The notes beneath the pieces were generated by a model that was not told where the DNA came from, made no database searches, and saw only the letters and a list, made by a program, of their open reading frames with translations. A stretch of DNA of 64,000 bases from the human T2T-CHM13v2.0 reference genome, Homo sapiens, in the NCBI RefSeq assembly GCF_009914755.1, contig NC_060930.1. One strand, given 5' to 3'. Below, piece by piece: positions 13,781 to 28,392 of the stretch. The number at the start of each line of letters is the position of its first letter. Position 1 is the first letter of the stretch. The position numbers and the translations under genes were made by a program.

Positions 13781-15649
13781 ATAGAATCATTAGTTAACAA
13801 TTTTTGCACATTTCCTCACTAATTTGAAAGAGAAACTCTAACCTGACCTGGTAAGTATAGTCTGGATATTTTTGTCCATCACTGTCTCATATGATTTTTA
13901 ATGTGGGGCTGAATTCCTGGCAGTTCCTTTCTCAGCCAGCCGGGGGAAGTCCACAGAGGTGAGAGAAGCCAACTTAAGAGAAAGGCAACTTGCCTTCATC
14001 TTTCAGTGGTCATGCGTGGTTCAGTGTTATAGTTTGTGGCCTTTTACAATTAGAAAAACACAGGCTTTTTTCATTGTAAAAATTGAGTTTTTTAATTGGT
14101 GAAATATACGTGACAAAGTTTGCCATTTTAACCATTTTCTGTGTACAGTTCACTGGCATTAAATACATTCACACTGATAATCAACCATCACCACCAAACA
14201 TCGCCAGAACTTAAAAAAAATGAAGTTTTGCATTGAGACACCCTTCCCAAAAGTATTTCAGAATTACCCAAATTTCTGGTGAAAAGTTTTACATTAATAA
14301 CAATGCGTTTTTATATACACGAGAGTAAACATCGAATTTAAGGGTAGTTGCAAATGTTGCTCTAGGGGAGGACTTCCCTTCGTGGGGCAAAATATGCTGA
14401 AATTCTTGAGAAATAAGTCTAAGAGACTCTTACTAGACTCTGCCTTTTTCTGGTAACTCACCCTTTAGCAAACTTAAGGTCTTCTTTGTAGCTTTGTAGG
14501 CCTTTGAAGTCCCTTCAGAACAGGTAGATCGTTGAGGACTATTTGTTGCCGGTTTGGTGTGTGTGGATGCTTTCTAAAAGTCTCCTGATAGGCAGGTCTC
14601 CAGGGCATGACCTGTGCTCACAGTACCACCTGTTCATGGATCTCTTCTGTCTGTTTCAATACAATCTGTCATTGGACATAAGAATATTGTTTCTTGCCAT
14701 GCGCTTCTCAGAAAGCTCTGTTGAATTAAGATGTGTCCCAGGTCTTCCATTTAACTTTACAGGGAATTATCTGATGATTGCTGTGTTCCTTGAACCCTTG
14801 CTGAAGAAATTAAGTCAGCTTTTGCCCATACTCACTTCTCATTATGCCTGTTAAGAAGAAAAACCACCTCTTTGCTGAAATAGTGATTTAAAGACGTGGA
14901 TTTGCCAAGTTGGATTGTATCCTTTCAGCCTAAAGGTTTTTCTACCCGCCCCCGCCCCATCTTGTCCCATTGACTTAAGCTTCTGTATCGCACTAGTTCA
15001 AGGCTCTGCCTCCTTCACTTATTTTCCTTGCCCTTCAAAATTGTGCTTATTTCTGAATGCAAGAAGTTCAACTAGGAGCCTTGTTCATCCACTTTCTTTC
15101 ATTTCCTTTTATCTTAAAATATACTTCTTGTCCAGAGTGAGGCTTTAAAAAGATTTTTTTGGTTGTATTTAAAAAACCCACATATTTTCCTAGAAAAATT
15201 CAAGTAGTAAAGAGGAAGGGAAACTCGGAAAAATCTAAGACTCAGTACTAAACCACCGTTTGATTTGATTATTCTTCTAGGTTATTATCTTACTGACATG
15301 TAATAATGGCGAACACAAACACAGTCCTGGCAGGTGTCAGGCACTAAAATGTTTCACACCCAAACACTTCCACTACTTGTCACAGCAGCCCTCTGAGGGT
15401 CAGCACTGCTATTGTCCAGCCGTCCAGTCACCTGGATGAGCAAACCAGAGCTCACGGAGCTTAAGGAACCTGCCCAGAGCCACACAGCCCCAGCCACGGG
15501 ATCGAGCGCCACCCTGGCCAGCCTGTCTGGGCAATCCCTCTTGGCTGGCATGCTTATTCATCTTGTCCTGTGACCTGCCTTTTGTTTGGTTTTAAATTCA
15601 AGGATATGCTGCAAATCTTGCAGTATTTATGTACAGACTTGCAATTTAA

Positions 15650-15885
15650 GGCTGTCAGCTTGAAGGTGGAGAGTGTAGACTTGAATTAGACTATTAGACT
15701 GTGTGAGTTTGAATCCAGCTCTTCCAGTTACTGCTCCCTTGACAGAGTGACTTAACCTCTGTGCCCCAGTTCCTCCTCTGGAAAAAGGGGAAGACAGAAA
15801 TGATATCTTTCATAGGGTTTTGCAGGAATTAAATGAGTTAACAGAGGTAAAGAGCTTAAAACAGTGGTTGCCACATAAACACTGG
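15650..15885 (+). mobile_element. MIR SINE
   Basis: agtttgaatccagctctt...gtgacttaacctctgtgccccagttcctc...aattaaatgagttaa. Confidence 0.7.
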
Positions 15886-16793
15886 GCCAATGTTACCCAG
15901 GTTAAATGTCAGCTACCTGCAGGGGTCTCTGCTCATTCTGGGCTGGTTCATGACTGATGGGTTTGTGAGAGTATACGTGCTTTTAGAGTAGTCCTAGAGC
16001 TAGAATCATTTGTACACATTTTACTGATTTGTTATTTCTTTAAAAGCCTTTTTCATGGGAAGGTTTTATTGTTGGTTTGGTGGCTGGCAGTTCTTTTACT
16101 AAGCTTTCCTTCATGCTCTCTATTTTGTGATATTTTCAGTGAGTCACACAGCAGAGACATGTTCTGTGGAACAAACCTATCCTTGGATTACAACAGACAG
16201 TGACATTTTCTTTCTAGTGTGAGCTCAAGTCTGTGAGCTGTGTGCTTCTACTTGTAGTCTTTTTTTTTTCCAGTAATGGTCATTGCGGATTACTTGCCAT
16301 TGTGTAGGTAGGTCAGCTGCCCGGGGTGCCTTGCTTAAACCTTCTCAGTCCTGAGTTGGTTGCCCTTGCATCACAGAAGAAGAAGTGGATGGAGTTATGT
16401 CCCTGCCACGGTCCCCTGGCAGAGCCAACGGTGGTCTCCAGAGCGCTACCACACTCACTCCCTCTGTAAGGAAAGCACAATTTAAGGGTGGCAGCCTTGC
16501 CTTTGACTGTCCCAGGAAAGGGGATTTTGACTGTGGATTCTGTCCTTAGGTAATTAGATTATTTTGATGAGTGCTAGTTCTGCACACTTGCTAAAGTTTT
16601 AGGGACTCTGCCTTACTTAGGAGATAATTCTGTCTTGAGATACCCCGTTTACAGAATGCTTTCTAACTTAGATGTTTGGTGAATAAGGGCATCTGTTTGC
16701 CAGCACCAGCTCTCCTGGCTCCCTGTGCTGGTTTTCTCTGAACACCTCACCTGACTGCAGGCAGACAGCTCTGAGTGGCTGCCTCGTGGCTAG

Positions 16794-17152
<359 letters not shown>

Positions 17153-17409
17153 AGTTCATAAGGATCGTAAGAACAAGTTTATACTTCCAGCAAAAGAAAA
17201 ACTTTTGAACTGTGACTTTAGTGTTAACGTTTCGTTACGTGTGTAATGCATATGATTGTTACCACCGGTTCTTGCCATCCATATTCCCCTCACTCCCCCC
17301 TTCTTTCCCTCCCCATTCTCCTAACTACTATGGTGAAGCTCCTGATAGTGTAGCATGCAGGTGCTAGCATATGGGAAGTGAGTCTCCAGTTGGGGAGCTT
17401 GTTAGCAAT

Positions 17410-17992
17410 TATATTAGGGTTCTCTTAGAGGGACAGAACTAATAGGAAATATATATATATAAAAAATATATATATAATGTATATTGTATATCATGTATAT
17501 ATTACATATTATTATATATATTTTGTATATTATGTATAATATACATATATATCATATATATTATATTTTGTATCATATTATGTATATTATATAATATATA
17601 AATAATATATATAGGAGTTTATTAAGTATTAACTTACACAATCACAAGGTCCCGCAATAGCCAGTCTGCATGAGAAGCAAGAAGCCAAGAGCCATTCTGA
17701 GTCCCCAAACTGAAGAACTTGGAGTCCGATGTTCAAGGGCAGGAAACATCCAGCATGGAGAAAGATGTAGGCTGGGAGGCTAGGCCTGTCTCTCCTTTTC
17801 ACGTTTTTCTGCCACTTTATATTCACTGGCAGCTGATTAGATTGTGCCCACCAGATGAAGGGTAGATCTGCCTTCCCTAGCCCACTGACTCAAATGTTTA
17901 TCTGTTTTGGCCACACCCACCCAGACACACCCAAGATTAATATTTTGTATCCTTCATTCCAATCAAGTTGACATTCGGGATTAACCATCACA
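17410..17992 (-). mobile_element. MLT2A-type ERVL solo LTR with internal TA-rich expansion (17449-17612)
   Basis: tatattagggttctcttagagggacagaactaatagga...attaaccatcaca; flanks gcaat/tcaat. Confidence 0.85.
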
Positions 17993-19747
17993 TCAATAAT
18001 CAAGACAGTATAGAAAGTGAGACTAGTTCATTAACGGCAGTTACTTATTTGATGCAGAGGATCTAAAAATATAGAAGAGTTAAAACATAAATATCAATGA
18101 AAAAATGTGATGCTATGAGCAAAATGGGAAGCCTATCTGTGTCCTTTCTGGCTATGTGTATGGCGTATACGGTGATGCCTAGGTTACCATTCTCTGGGGT
18201 GTGCACCCAGGCCTGAAAGGCACTAAGTGCAAATGGAGTCGTTAACTGTGGGCATAAGTTGTCTCAGGGCCAGGCTGGTGGCTGGGGAGGAGGTGGCCCC
18301 AGGACTTCTTATTGAAGGTTGGAGTGTCATCTGCCCCTAAGTGGCTTTTGTGGTCACCCAGATAATAGAGCCAGAGATGCTGTCCTTGGCCATGTTTGAG
18401 CTCCACTTCCCCGCATCAGATGTTTTTTGAGGGCCAAGAGGGCCAGTAAATCATGGTCTGCCTTTTCTCAAGAAGTAGGGGGAAGAGACTGTAGGACAGG
18501 AAATGGAAACCTGAATCCTAAGACATAGTCCACGTCTAATATGATGTCTAAGGCTATGTTTTCATGAGTAAAGCTGTCACAATATTTTCCTATGTTGAAG
18601 TTATCTTAACTTCATGGGATTGCTCCTTAAAGAGAGTAGATTTTAAAAGCTGTTCTTCTTGATGCCCTTGGAAGCTGTCACATGATCCAGTTTGTTGCCA
18701 TTGCGCAGTACTGTATCTGTCTCTTTACATGTGCTTGATACAGAGTGACTTCCTGCTTGTTGTTTGTCCTTAGGCAGTTTGACTTCTCCACTCAGCAAGC
18801 CTTTAAAGCACCTGGGTTATGATGCGCATGGATCTGGTTAAGTTACAAAGACCCATGACCATCTCCTTAAAATCCAGCATCCAGTACAAAGTGTACATTC
18901 CCCATTCAATCACATAGTCATTTTTATAAATTCATAGCCCTGGTCCTAAACAGGAAGTAAAGGGACCCTGCCTCCTCCCCGACCCCTACTCCCCAGAAAC
19001 CAGAAACAAAAAGAACTGTCAGACTCCTGGATATCTTGCTCTTGCGGGTACTGTGCAGGTCTCTGTGTGTGCCAGGTTCTGTTGCTGTTTTAACGTCCTA
19101 CGTAAATAAACAAAACACCCTAGAATGAAAAGTAACAAGTCACCTCCTTCCCTGTAATCGCCCCTGATCCCCTGGCATAGTCTGTAGGTTTTAGCTTTGA
19201 AATAAATATTTGTTTGAAAAAGAGAGAGGAAAGTGCTGCTGTTTCACTGGAGATATTTTCGTTCTTTTTTGAGGGGGTGGGATGAGTTAATTCTGACCAT
19301 GGCTTAAGCCTATAAAGTAGGCTTTAAGCCCATGACGTGGCCATCAGCTCTGCCTGGTGACAGCTCACCCTACAACTTTCTTTTGTGGAGAGTAATTTTT
19401 ACCTGAGCCTTATAAACATAAAACCCATAGTAAATAATAAATATTGTGATATTTATTAAAAGAGTATTCCCTAAAAGTAACCTCTGAAAGAGCTGTAAAC
19501 ATGATCTAATAAACAATGATCTCAAAGCTCCCTACCTTTGGGGGCTGTTAAGTTAATGTGAATGCCCACTATAGCTATTAGTGTGCTAGGTCTACAACAT
19601 TTTCACATAAAACACTTTAGAACAGTTAATTAATTTGCTTATACTTAGTTTGTAATTCCTAGACTATTTCCTCATTTATAGCTTCAAAGAGAAACTCTAT
19701 GGCAGTAATTTTCCAGGTGGTCCACTTGGTTAAGAATATCTCTTCCC

Positions 19748-20325
19748 TTTCTCAAAGAACTAAAATTAGAACTGTCATTTGACCCAGCAATCCCTCTACT
19801 GGGTATCTACCTAAAGAAAAAGAAATCGTTCTGTCAAAAAGACACCTGCACATGTATGTTTATTGCAGCACTGTTCACAATAGCAAAATCATGGAATCTA
19901 CTTAAGTGCCTATCAACAGTGTACTGGATAAAGAAAATGTGGTACATATACACCATGGAATACTATACCCCCATAAAAAAGAATGAAATTATGTTCTTTG
20001 CAGCAGCACAATGCAGCTGAAGGCCATTATCCAAGGTGAATTAATGCAGAAACAGAAAATCAAATACCACATTTTCACTTATAAGTGGGAACTAAACAGT
20101 GGGTACGCATGGATGTAAAGATAGGAGCGGTAAACACTGGGGACTCCAAAAAGGTGGGAGGGAGGGAAGGGATCAAAGGTTGAAAAAACTACCTGTTGGG
20201 TACCGTGTTCACTGTTTGAGTAATGGGTTCACGAGAAGCCCAAACCCCAGCTTTATATATTATACCATTGTAACAAACTTGTACATGTAGTCCCCGAATC
20301 CAAAATCATTAAATTATTTTTAAAA
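19748..20325 (+). mobile_element. 5'-truncated L1PB 3' end
   Basis: gacccagcaatccc...ggataaagaaaatgtggtacatatacaccatggaatactat...; degenerate TSD aagaatatctcttccc / aagactacctcttccc. Confidence 0.9.
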
Positions 20326-21458
20326 AGACTACCTCTTCCCCTTCTTTGCCTCGCTTTTCGTGGCAAAAATAGAAAAAATCGAGTCACATAATTTCTTGTT
20401 CTTTTGGAATTAAAAAAAGGTCACTTTACACTCAAAAAGAATGATCCTTCCAAAGGAATTAACAGCTAACTAGGTATTGTTTGACATTTGCATTTGGTGG
20501 CATTCTTCTCTAAGAGATCCTTGCTTTGATGCAGCTGGTTCCAGTTGCAAAATGGTATTTCCCATGAGTGTGAAATTATGAAGAGTTGCTCCTAGAAAGC
20601 CATTTTGTTCTACAAGCATGTTTAATCAAGAAAATAAATATCCTTTTGCAAATTTTTATAAGCATGTAAGGCATATTTCTTGCAGAAGCTGAGACATATT
20701 TAATGCAGAAGCTGATTTCAAATTGGCTTAATTTTTAATGCCTGCATTGGAATAAACCTGTATCCCATTTCCTTTCCTTATGTGGGACCCAAGACCTTGT
20801 CTCAAGCACGAGAAGGTCCAGTTTAAGTAAAATTAGTGTTTCTCAGGAGACGAGAGAGGCCCTGATAAGATCCTCAAGTTGAAACACGCTAAAACCCTAG
20901 CAAATTGAATTGAGACCTAGATATATTATTAGAAAGTACAGACCCTCAAAGGTAAAGTAGAAGATGTTGAAGGCACAGAGGGAGAAAGAGAGATCGCCTG
21001 AGGGTCTGTAATGACACTGACTATGGATTTCCACAGTAATCATAGAAGTATGAAGATGGAGCTGAGAACGTAACTGCCAACCTAGAATACTTTACTAATG
21101 TAAAATATGATTCAAGAAACAAAATGAAATGGACACTTTCAAACAAGCCCTGAAATTTTTACCACTGGTGGACTCTTGCTAAAAAGATCATGAAAAGATA
21201 TTCTTCAAAAAGAAAGAAATTGAACTCAGAAAGGCATAAGATGATTGGTGAGCAAGGAAATGGGAGATGGCAGGTATGTCTAAACCACATTAGTTGTACG
21301 AAACAGTAATACTGATTTTGATAAAATTGGGAAACATTTTATTGACTAAAATTTGTAGCAACAAGAAGAAGATAGGTGATCAGGAATAATATTTTATCCT
21401 GTCCTTTTATTATTTGGGAGGGAAGGAAATAACTTTAGATTTTAATAGATAAGCATGC

Positions 21459-21814
21459 TGATATGGTTTGGCTGTGTCCCCACCCAAACCTCAACTTGAA
21501 TTGTATCTCCCAGAATTCCTACGTGTTGTGATAGGGACCCAGGGCAAGGGGGTAATTGAATCATGGGGCCGGTTTTTCTCATGCTGTGTTGTGACACTGA
21601 ATAAGTCTCACAAGATCTGATGGGTTTATCATGGGTTTCTGCTTTTGCTGCTTCCTCATTTTTCTGTTGCTGTCATCACATAAGAAGTGCCTTTCACCTC
21701 CCACCATGATTCTGAGGCCTCCCTAGGCATGTGGAACTGTAAATCCAATTAAACCTCTTTTTGTTCTCAGTTTCAGGTATGTCTTTATCAGCAACGTGAA
21801 AATGAACTAATATA
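21459..21814 (+). mobile_element. THE1 (MaLR) solo LTR, TSD CATGC
   Basis: TGATATGGTTTGGCTGTGTCCCCACCCAAA...GTGAAAATGAACTAATA; CATGC at 21454-21458 and 21815-21819. Confidence 0.92.
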
Positions 21815-21895
21815 CATGCTAAAGCTGTAAGGATAACAACTGAAAATTACAAATTATAGGAAGGAAGGGCCAAAGAACTATAGAAAAAGCAAGAG

Positions 21896-22517
21896 TGTTA
21901 GAGTGAACTCCAAGTTTCTCTTCAAAGAATCAGTATGTCAGTGTGTTCAGCTCTCTTATTCTTTGATTCTCCATTTTAAAGTTTAACTTCCTGGTTCTCT
22001 TTGCCCCCTTGCCTCTAGTTTCAGTAAACAACTTTCCTGCCAGTTCTAATCAGTAGTTCACATCTGTTCCCCTCATCACCTGCTGCATCTTGAGTCACCC
22101 CTGGTCACCTGCTCTGCCCTGAGTTACTCCTGGTCACCTGCTCCATCTTGAGTCATCCCTGGTCACTGGCTCTGACCTGAATCATCCTGGGTCACCTGTT
22201 CTGTAACCTCCCTTCCCGCCAAACTACTCATCCCGCCACTCGGGCTCATACCCCTTCTGTCTTTAAAATAGCCAATTGGAATTAGCTTAGACTGTGCGGT
22301 CCAACCCTAGCCAATAGGGGAATGACACAGCAGTAGGGGCTCCCTGCATCAGGCATAAGAACCCCTTCCCCTCCCTTTTCCAGGTTTATTCTCGCCATTG
22401 CTCCATCTGTGAGTCACACCCTTCTATAGAAGTAAAAATTGCCTTGCTCAGAAAAGGAAATTTATGTTCGAGTGCTGTTTTCTTGCAGCACCAAGTAACA
22501 AGCATTTGTTTCTAACG
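21896..22517 (+). mobile_element. LTR10-family (ERV1) solo LTR, TSD AAGAG, with 29-bp internal tandem repeat
   Basis: TGTTAGA...TTTCTCTTCAAAGAATCA start and TCTAAC(G) end; AAGAG at 21891-21895 and 22518-22522; CCAAT boxes at 22272 and 22311; AGTAAA at 22431. Confidence 0.85.
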
Positions 22518-23446
22518 AAGAGTATAGAATGAAATGGTCAAAATAAATACAGGTAAAATGTGTTTGTAATCCGAATAGGTAAAAAAGGATTAAATTTCAG
22601 GTAAAGATCAGAGATGATCAGATTGGATAAAACATAATTTTAAGGAGGAAAGAAGATGAAGGTGGTCATTGTACAGTGATAAAATGTATAGTTCTCCATG
22701 AAGATAAAGTGATTTTAAACTTGTTTGCCTTCGGTAGCATAGTTTCAAAATAGTTAAGGCAAAGCCAACATAATTTTAGATCTCTAGTCAGTGTCAGTTG
22801 TTGAATGACTTCTCTGTAAGTAACTAGTAGATTGATCAGAAATTACAAAGATCAGAAGATTTGAACAGCTACAGTTTTAAGTGGACATAAAGAACCTTAC
22901 CTTTAATAAGGAGATAAATTATTTTAAAATACAAGAGACATTCAAATTTCTTTACACACTAGGCCAGAAAGCAGTTAGTATCAACAAAAAACACATATCA
23001 TACTGTGTTATCTGATCACAATTATTAGATTAGAAACTGAATTTCTAATCTTACGCATTTTGGAAATTTGAATTCAATATAACTTGTGGGCCAACGAAGA
23101 AAACAAACCGGAATTAAGAGTGGTTGTCAAAATTTTGGAGTCGGTCAAGTACCCAAGTTAAAAATCAGACAGAAGAGTGAATACAGTTAAAGGAAAAGAG
23201 ATGTTTTTCTTTGTTTTCTTTAAGAATGTTAAAGAGAAGAACAGAAAATAATTCCAAAACAAGGATACAGTTAAGAGGATACAAGTGCAAAAGTGGTTAT
23301 TTATTTATTTTTTTAAAAGTGGCAGTTTATCAAGTAGAAGAAAGAAGATTAAAACATTAGGAATGAAAAGAAGGTCACATCTACAGGAATAGCAAGTATT
23401 TTTAAAAGACTACAAACAACTGCATGCCAACAAGTATGAGATATTA

Positions 23447-23651
23447 TAGTAAGTTCTCACTTAACGTCATCAATAAGTTCTTGGAAACTGCTACTTTAAG
23501 CGAAAAGACAATGCCAAGTCCTTGAATAAGATCATTTTCTTCAGTGTCATTTTATTATAACGTTGATGAGGGAAAAAATGGTTGTATTATAAATAAATTT
23601 GCTTAAAGTCACAGTTTCCAAAAACCTATCAAAGACAGTGAGGACTTACTA
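23447..23651. mobile_element. MER6B-like TcMar-Tigger palindromic MITE
   Basis: TA|TAGTAAGTTCTCACTTAACG...AGTGAGGACTTACTA|TA, long inverted termini. Confidence 0.8.
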
Positions 23652-25780
23652 TATAATACTTAGAATATAAGCAGTTTTCTAGAAATAACCAAGTTTACCC
23701 AAATTGACTAAAAAAGAGTAGGAGACCATTCAATAAATGAATGGGTTAATAATCTATACCCTCTCACTTTGCGTTCTACCCCCATACTAGGCCCAGAGAG
23801 TTCACGGATGTATTCTACCAAACAGTCAAGGGAATGGATTCTCAAAATTTTACACCATTATTTCCAGAGAGAAGAAAAAAAGGAACTAAATTGATCCTCT
23901 AGTTTGGTTTTATTTTCAAGCTATCATGAAAAGCTTCAAATTTCTGTCACAAATAAGTATAACAAATAATTGTGAACCCATCATCAGTCGCCTAGCATTA
24001 ACAATTAGAATATTTTGCCATTAGTGTTTCATCGATAATTTCTCACAGATATCTTTTTTTGTTCATTTGTTTTAAAATACTTGTTGTAACTGTAGCTGTG
24101 ACCTCCTTTTCATTTCTAATGTTTTGTTTGTTGTTTCTGGAGTATGTTAAAACAAATCCAAGCCTTGCTAAACTCATTTATTAGTTCTCAAAAGTTTTTT
24201 TAAAAAATTTCTTAATTTCTTCCTGCATACTGGATCATACCATCTGTGAATAAAGACAGTTTTACTTCTTTCCAATCAATGTAGATTTTGTCTTTTTCTT
24301 TACCAAGAATCTGCAGACTTGCTGAGAATGAACATCCTTACTTCATTCCTGGGATCTTTGGGGAAACATCTTCAGTCTTTCACATTAAGTACGTATTAGC
24401 TGTAGGGTTTTTATAGATTTCCTTATCAAGTTGAGAATGTTCCCTTTTATTTCTAATTTGTTGAGAGTTTTGGTCATGAAATGGTGTTGGATTTTATTAA
24501 ATGCTTTGTCAATGACTAGTGAGATGGTTATGTGGTTTTTCTCCTGTAATCCATTAATATGGAATATTACATTAATTGATTCTCTGATGTGAAACCAACT
24601 CTGAATTCTTGGGATAAACTCTGCCTGGTCATGATGCACAATCCTATTTATCTGTTGCTGAATTTGGTTTGGGATTTTCATGTCTGTGTTTATGAGGAAT
24701 ATTGTTTTGTAGGTTGTTGTGGGGTTTTTTTTTTTTTTTTGGTAAAAAAGATTTTGCTGATTTCCTTTTCTTCTGGAGTCAGTTTTGGTAACTTATAGTT
24801 TCCTAGGAATTTTTGCATTTTGTCTAAATTGCTTAGTTTGTTGACATAGAGTTATTCAGAGTATATCGTGTTTCCTTCCTTTCTGCCAGGTGTAGGTAGT
24901 GATGTCTCCTCTTTCATTTCTGATATGGGTTATTTGTGTCATCTCTCTTCTTTTTTTGGGTGGAAGATCATTCTAGCGAAGAGTTTATCAGTTTTGTTGA
25001 ACCTTTCACATAACTTATTTTTTGGTTTGAAGTATTTTTCTGTTGCTGCTGCTGAATTGATTTATACTTGGATCTTTATTGTTTCCTCTCTTCTGCTTGC
25101 TTTGGGCTGAATTCGCCCTTCTGTTTCTTATTTCTTCAATAGAAAGATTAGATTATTGGTTCTTTCACTTCTTTTATGACATAAGTGTTTAAAACTACAA
25201 TTTTCTCTAAGCACTACATTGGCTACATTTCATAAATTTTCATGTGTTGCTTTCATTTTCATTCAATTCTAAATACTTTCTAATTTTCCCTATATTTTCT
25301 TTTTTGACTGATGGCTTCTTTTTTAGAAGTGTGTTTTTTTAATTTTTAAATTTTGGAGAGTTTCCAAAATTGTTGATTTCTAATTTAATTCCATTATGGC
25401 CATTAAACACAATTTTCTCTTGTCTTTAGCTTTTGGTAGTTTGACTATTATGTGTCCAGGTAAGGATCTTTTTATATATCTTAAATCTTTTTAAAATAAC
25501 GGAGTCCTGTTTTATGGCCTACATTCTGGTCTTTTGTAGTAAATGTTCTGAGTGCACTTGGAAGGACCATTGTTGGATGGACTATAAATTTCAGAATGAG
25601 TTGGTTGACAGTGTTCAAGTCTTCTATATCATTGCCGATTTTCTGTTTTGGTCTATCAGTTATTGATAGTGGGCTATTGAAATATCAAACTATAAATGTA
25701 GAATTGTGTATTTCATTTCTGTCAGTTTTTGCCTCATGTATTTTGAGGATCATACATACACACATTCATAGTTATTACAT

Positions 25781-25826
25781 CTTGAAATACTGAAATACTT
25801 GAAATACTGAAATACTTGAAATACTG
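25781..25826. repeat. 17-bp tandem repeat (CTTGAAATACTGAAATA) x ~2.7
   Basis: Directly visible. Confidence 0.8.
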
Positions 25827-25979
25827 ACTCTTTTACCATTATGAAATGTTTCTCTTTGTCTGTAGTAATATTTATTGGCTAAAAGTCTTCTTTGATACCC
25901 ATACAGTCACTTCTTATGGTTATTGTTTTCATGTCATATTTTTTCCTATCCTTTTACTTTTTACCAAGTTCTGTCTTAG

Positions 25980-26348
<369 letters not shown>

Positions 26349-27019
26349 TGATCTAGTAATTTCTGCATTTAGTTAGGAGTGTTTAGTTATTTCACATTTA
26401 ATGTAGTTATTGATATGGTTGGTTTTAGTTTGTCAGTTTGCTGTTTTTCTGTTTATCTCTTGTCAGTTTATTTATCCTTTCCTGCTGCCTCCTAGTTAAA
26501 TGTGTTTGTTTTTATTTTTTGGCCTGTACCATATTCTCTGAATTTTAAAACTTAATATTTGAATTATTTTCTTATTGATTGCTGTAGGGATTATAATATG
26601 CATTTTAATTTATCGCAGCCCGCTTGGGATTAATAACTACCCTAATTCTAGTCAGTATATCAGCTTTACTTTGTATCTCTCCATCTCCTCCCCCCTCCTT
26701 TTTGGTAATTTATTCATATTTATTATACAGAATGTGTTAAATGTGCATAGTGTTGTAATTAATGCTTTATACAATGTTATGTCATTTAAATAAAGAGAAG
26801 AAGCAATATTCAAATAGTCTTCTGTATTTACTCACATATTTCCCATTTCCAGTGCTTTACCGTTCTTCCCATGGTTTTGCATTACTGTCTGGAGTCCTTT
26901 CAGCCTATAGGACTTTATGCTTTCTGTCAGGCAGCTCTGTTGACAAGAGATTTTCATTTATTTGGGAATATCTTTATTTTGCTTTCATTTTTTTTCTTTT
27001 TTCTTTTAAAAATAATTTA

Positions 27020-27196
27020 TTCATTTATTGTTATGAGATGGGGTCTTGATCTTTTGCACAGGCTGGAGTGCAGTGGTGTGATCATAGCTCACTGTAACTT
27101 CAAACTCATAGGTTCAAGCAATCCTCCTACCTCAGCTTCCCAAGTAGCTTGGACTACAGGTGTGTGCCACTGAGGTGTGTGCCACTGTGCCTAGCC
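27020..27196 (-). mobile_element. FRAM/AluJ monomer with 15-bp tandem duplication
   Basis: gagatggggtcttg...; AGGTGTGTGCCACTG x2 at 27158-27187. Confidence 0.8.
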
Positions 27197-28327
27197 TTGT
27201 CTTCATTTTTGAAGAATAGTTTTGCTAAATATAGAATTATTGATTGTTTTCCCTTTGGTGCTTTGAGTATGTCATTCATTCTGCTTTCTGACCTCCATCA
27301 TTTCTGATGAAGAGTCAGCCATTATATTTGTATATATTTTTATTCCTGTATAAATTATGAATTATTGTTTTCCTTGCTGGTTTTAAGATTTTTATCTTTA
27401 GCTTCCACCAGTTTAAGTAATATATGTCTAAGAATCTCTTTGTGTTTATATTATTTGGGCTTTGTTGAGCTTCTTGGATCTATACATAATTGCATTTGAT
27501 TTTATTTGGAATATTTTTAGCCATTATTTCTTAAAATGCTTTTTCTGTTCCTTCTCTCTCCCCTCTCCTCTCCTTAGGGTATTCCCATTACATGTATGTC
27601 TGCACTGTTGCTGTTTCCCCACTCTCTGAGGTTTCGTTTTTCTTACATCTTTTTTTCTCTCTGTCTCTTGGATAAGTTCTGTTGATCTCTCAAATGTTCA
27701 CTGATTCTTTCTTCTGCCATTTCAAATCTACTGTTGAGTCCATCATTGGATTTTTAAACTCTAGAATTATTATTTTTTTATTTTGATACACGCTTTTTAT
27801 TTGTTGGCATTTTCTATTTGAGTCATTGTCGTCATGTTTTCCTTTAGTTCATTAAACATGGTTTTAAAAAATCTTTCAAGCACAATTAAAATAGTTGATG
27901 TGAAGTCCTTTTCCACTAAACCCAAATTCTAGGCAAACTTAGTTTCCACTGACTGTTCTAATTTGAGTATGACTCATGCTTTTCCTGGTGTTTTGTTTTC
28001 AGGATTTTACTTTAAGTTTTGTTGTTTTATGAGTGTGTGTTTATGTGTGTTTTAAGTCACTTGCCTAGGTGTAAGTTGAGGGATCTTGTCCTCTCTACAT
28101 TGAATGGGCACTGAATTTTGTTCTCTTCATCACTCCCTGTCCCCCTTTCTTTTAGTCTGACTTTCTAGGGGTCACTGTTTTAGCTGCATAGTTTATTTGT
28201 GAGCCATGTTTTGGTCAGGGATTGTGGACAAACATCTTGAGCCCATAAGGCTTCCACTCCCTGCTGTTGGATTTTAATGTGGATTGGAAGTGCATTCAAA
28301 TTTTAGGCAGGTTTCAAGGCTGCCCCA

Positions 28328-28392
28328 AAAAGTTTTGGATTTTAGAGCATTTTGGATTTTGGATTTTCAGATTATGATTGTTCAACCCGTAC
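28328..28392. mobile_element. Tigger4/MER46 terminal fragment
   Basis: ttttggattttagagcattttggattttggattttcagatt...ttcaacccgta. Confidence 0.6.

Larger units (their letters stand above)
20830..23890 (+). mobile_element. Ancient L1M ORF1/ORF2 remnant interrupted by THE1, LTR10 and MER6B
   Basis: A-rich degraded L1-like text, e.g. ggcccagagagttcacggatgtattctaccaaaca and ttctagaaataacc. Confidence 0.55.

Noticed and set aside
22070-22200. CRISPR-like 29-bp repeats
   Set aside because: Head-to-tail units without unique spacers, inside a mammalian LTR.
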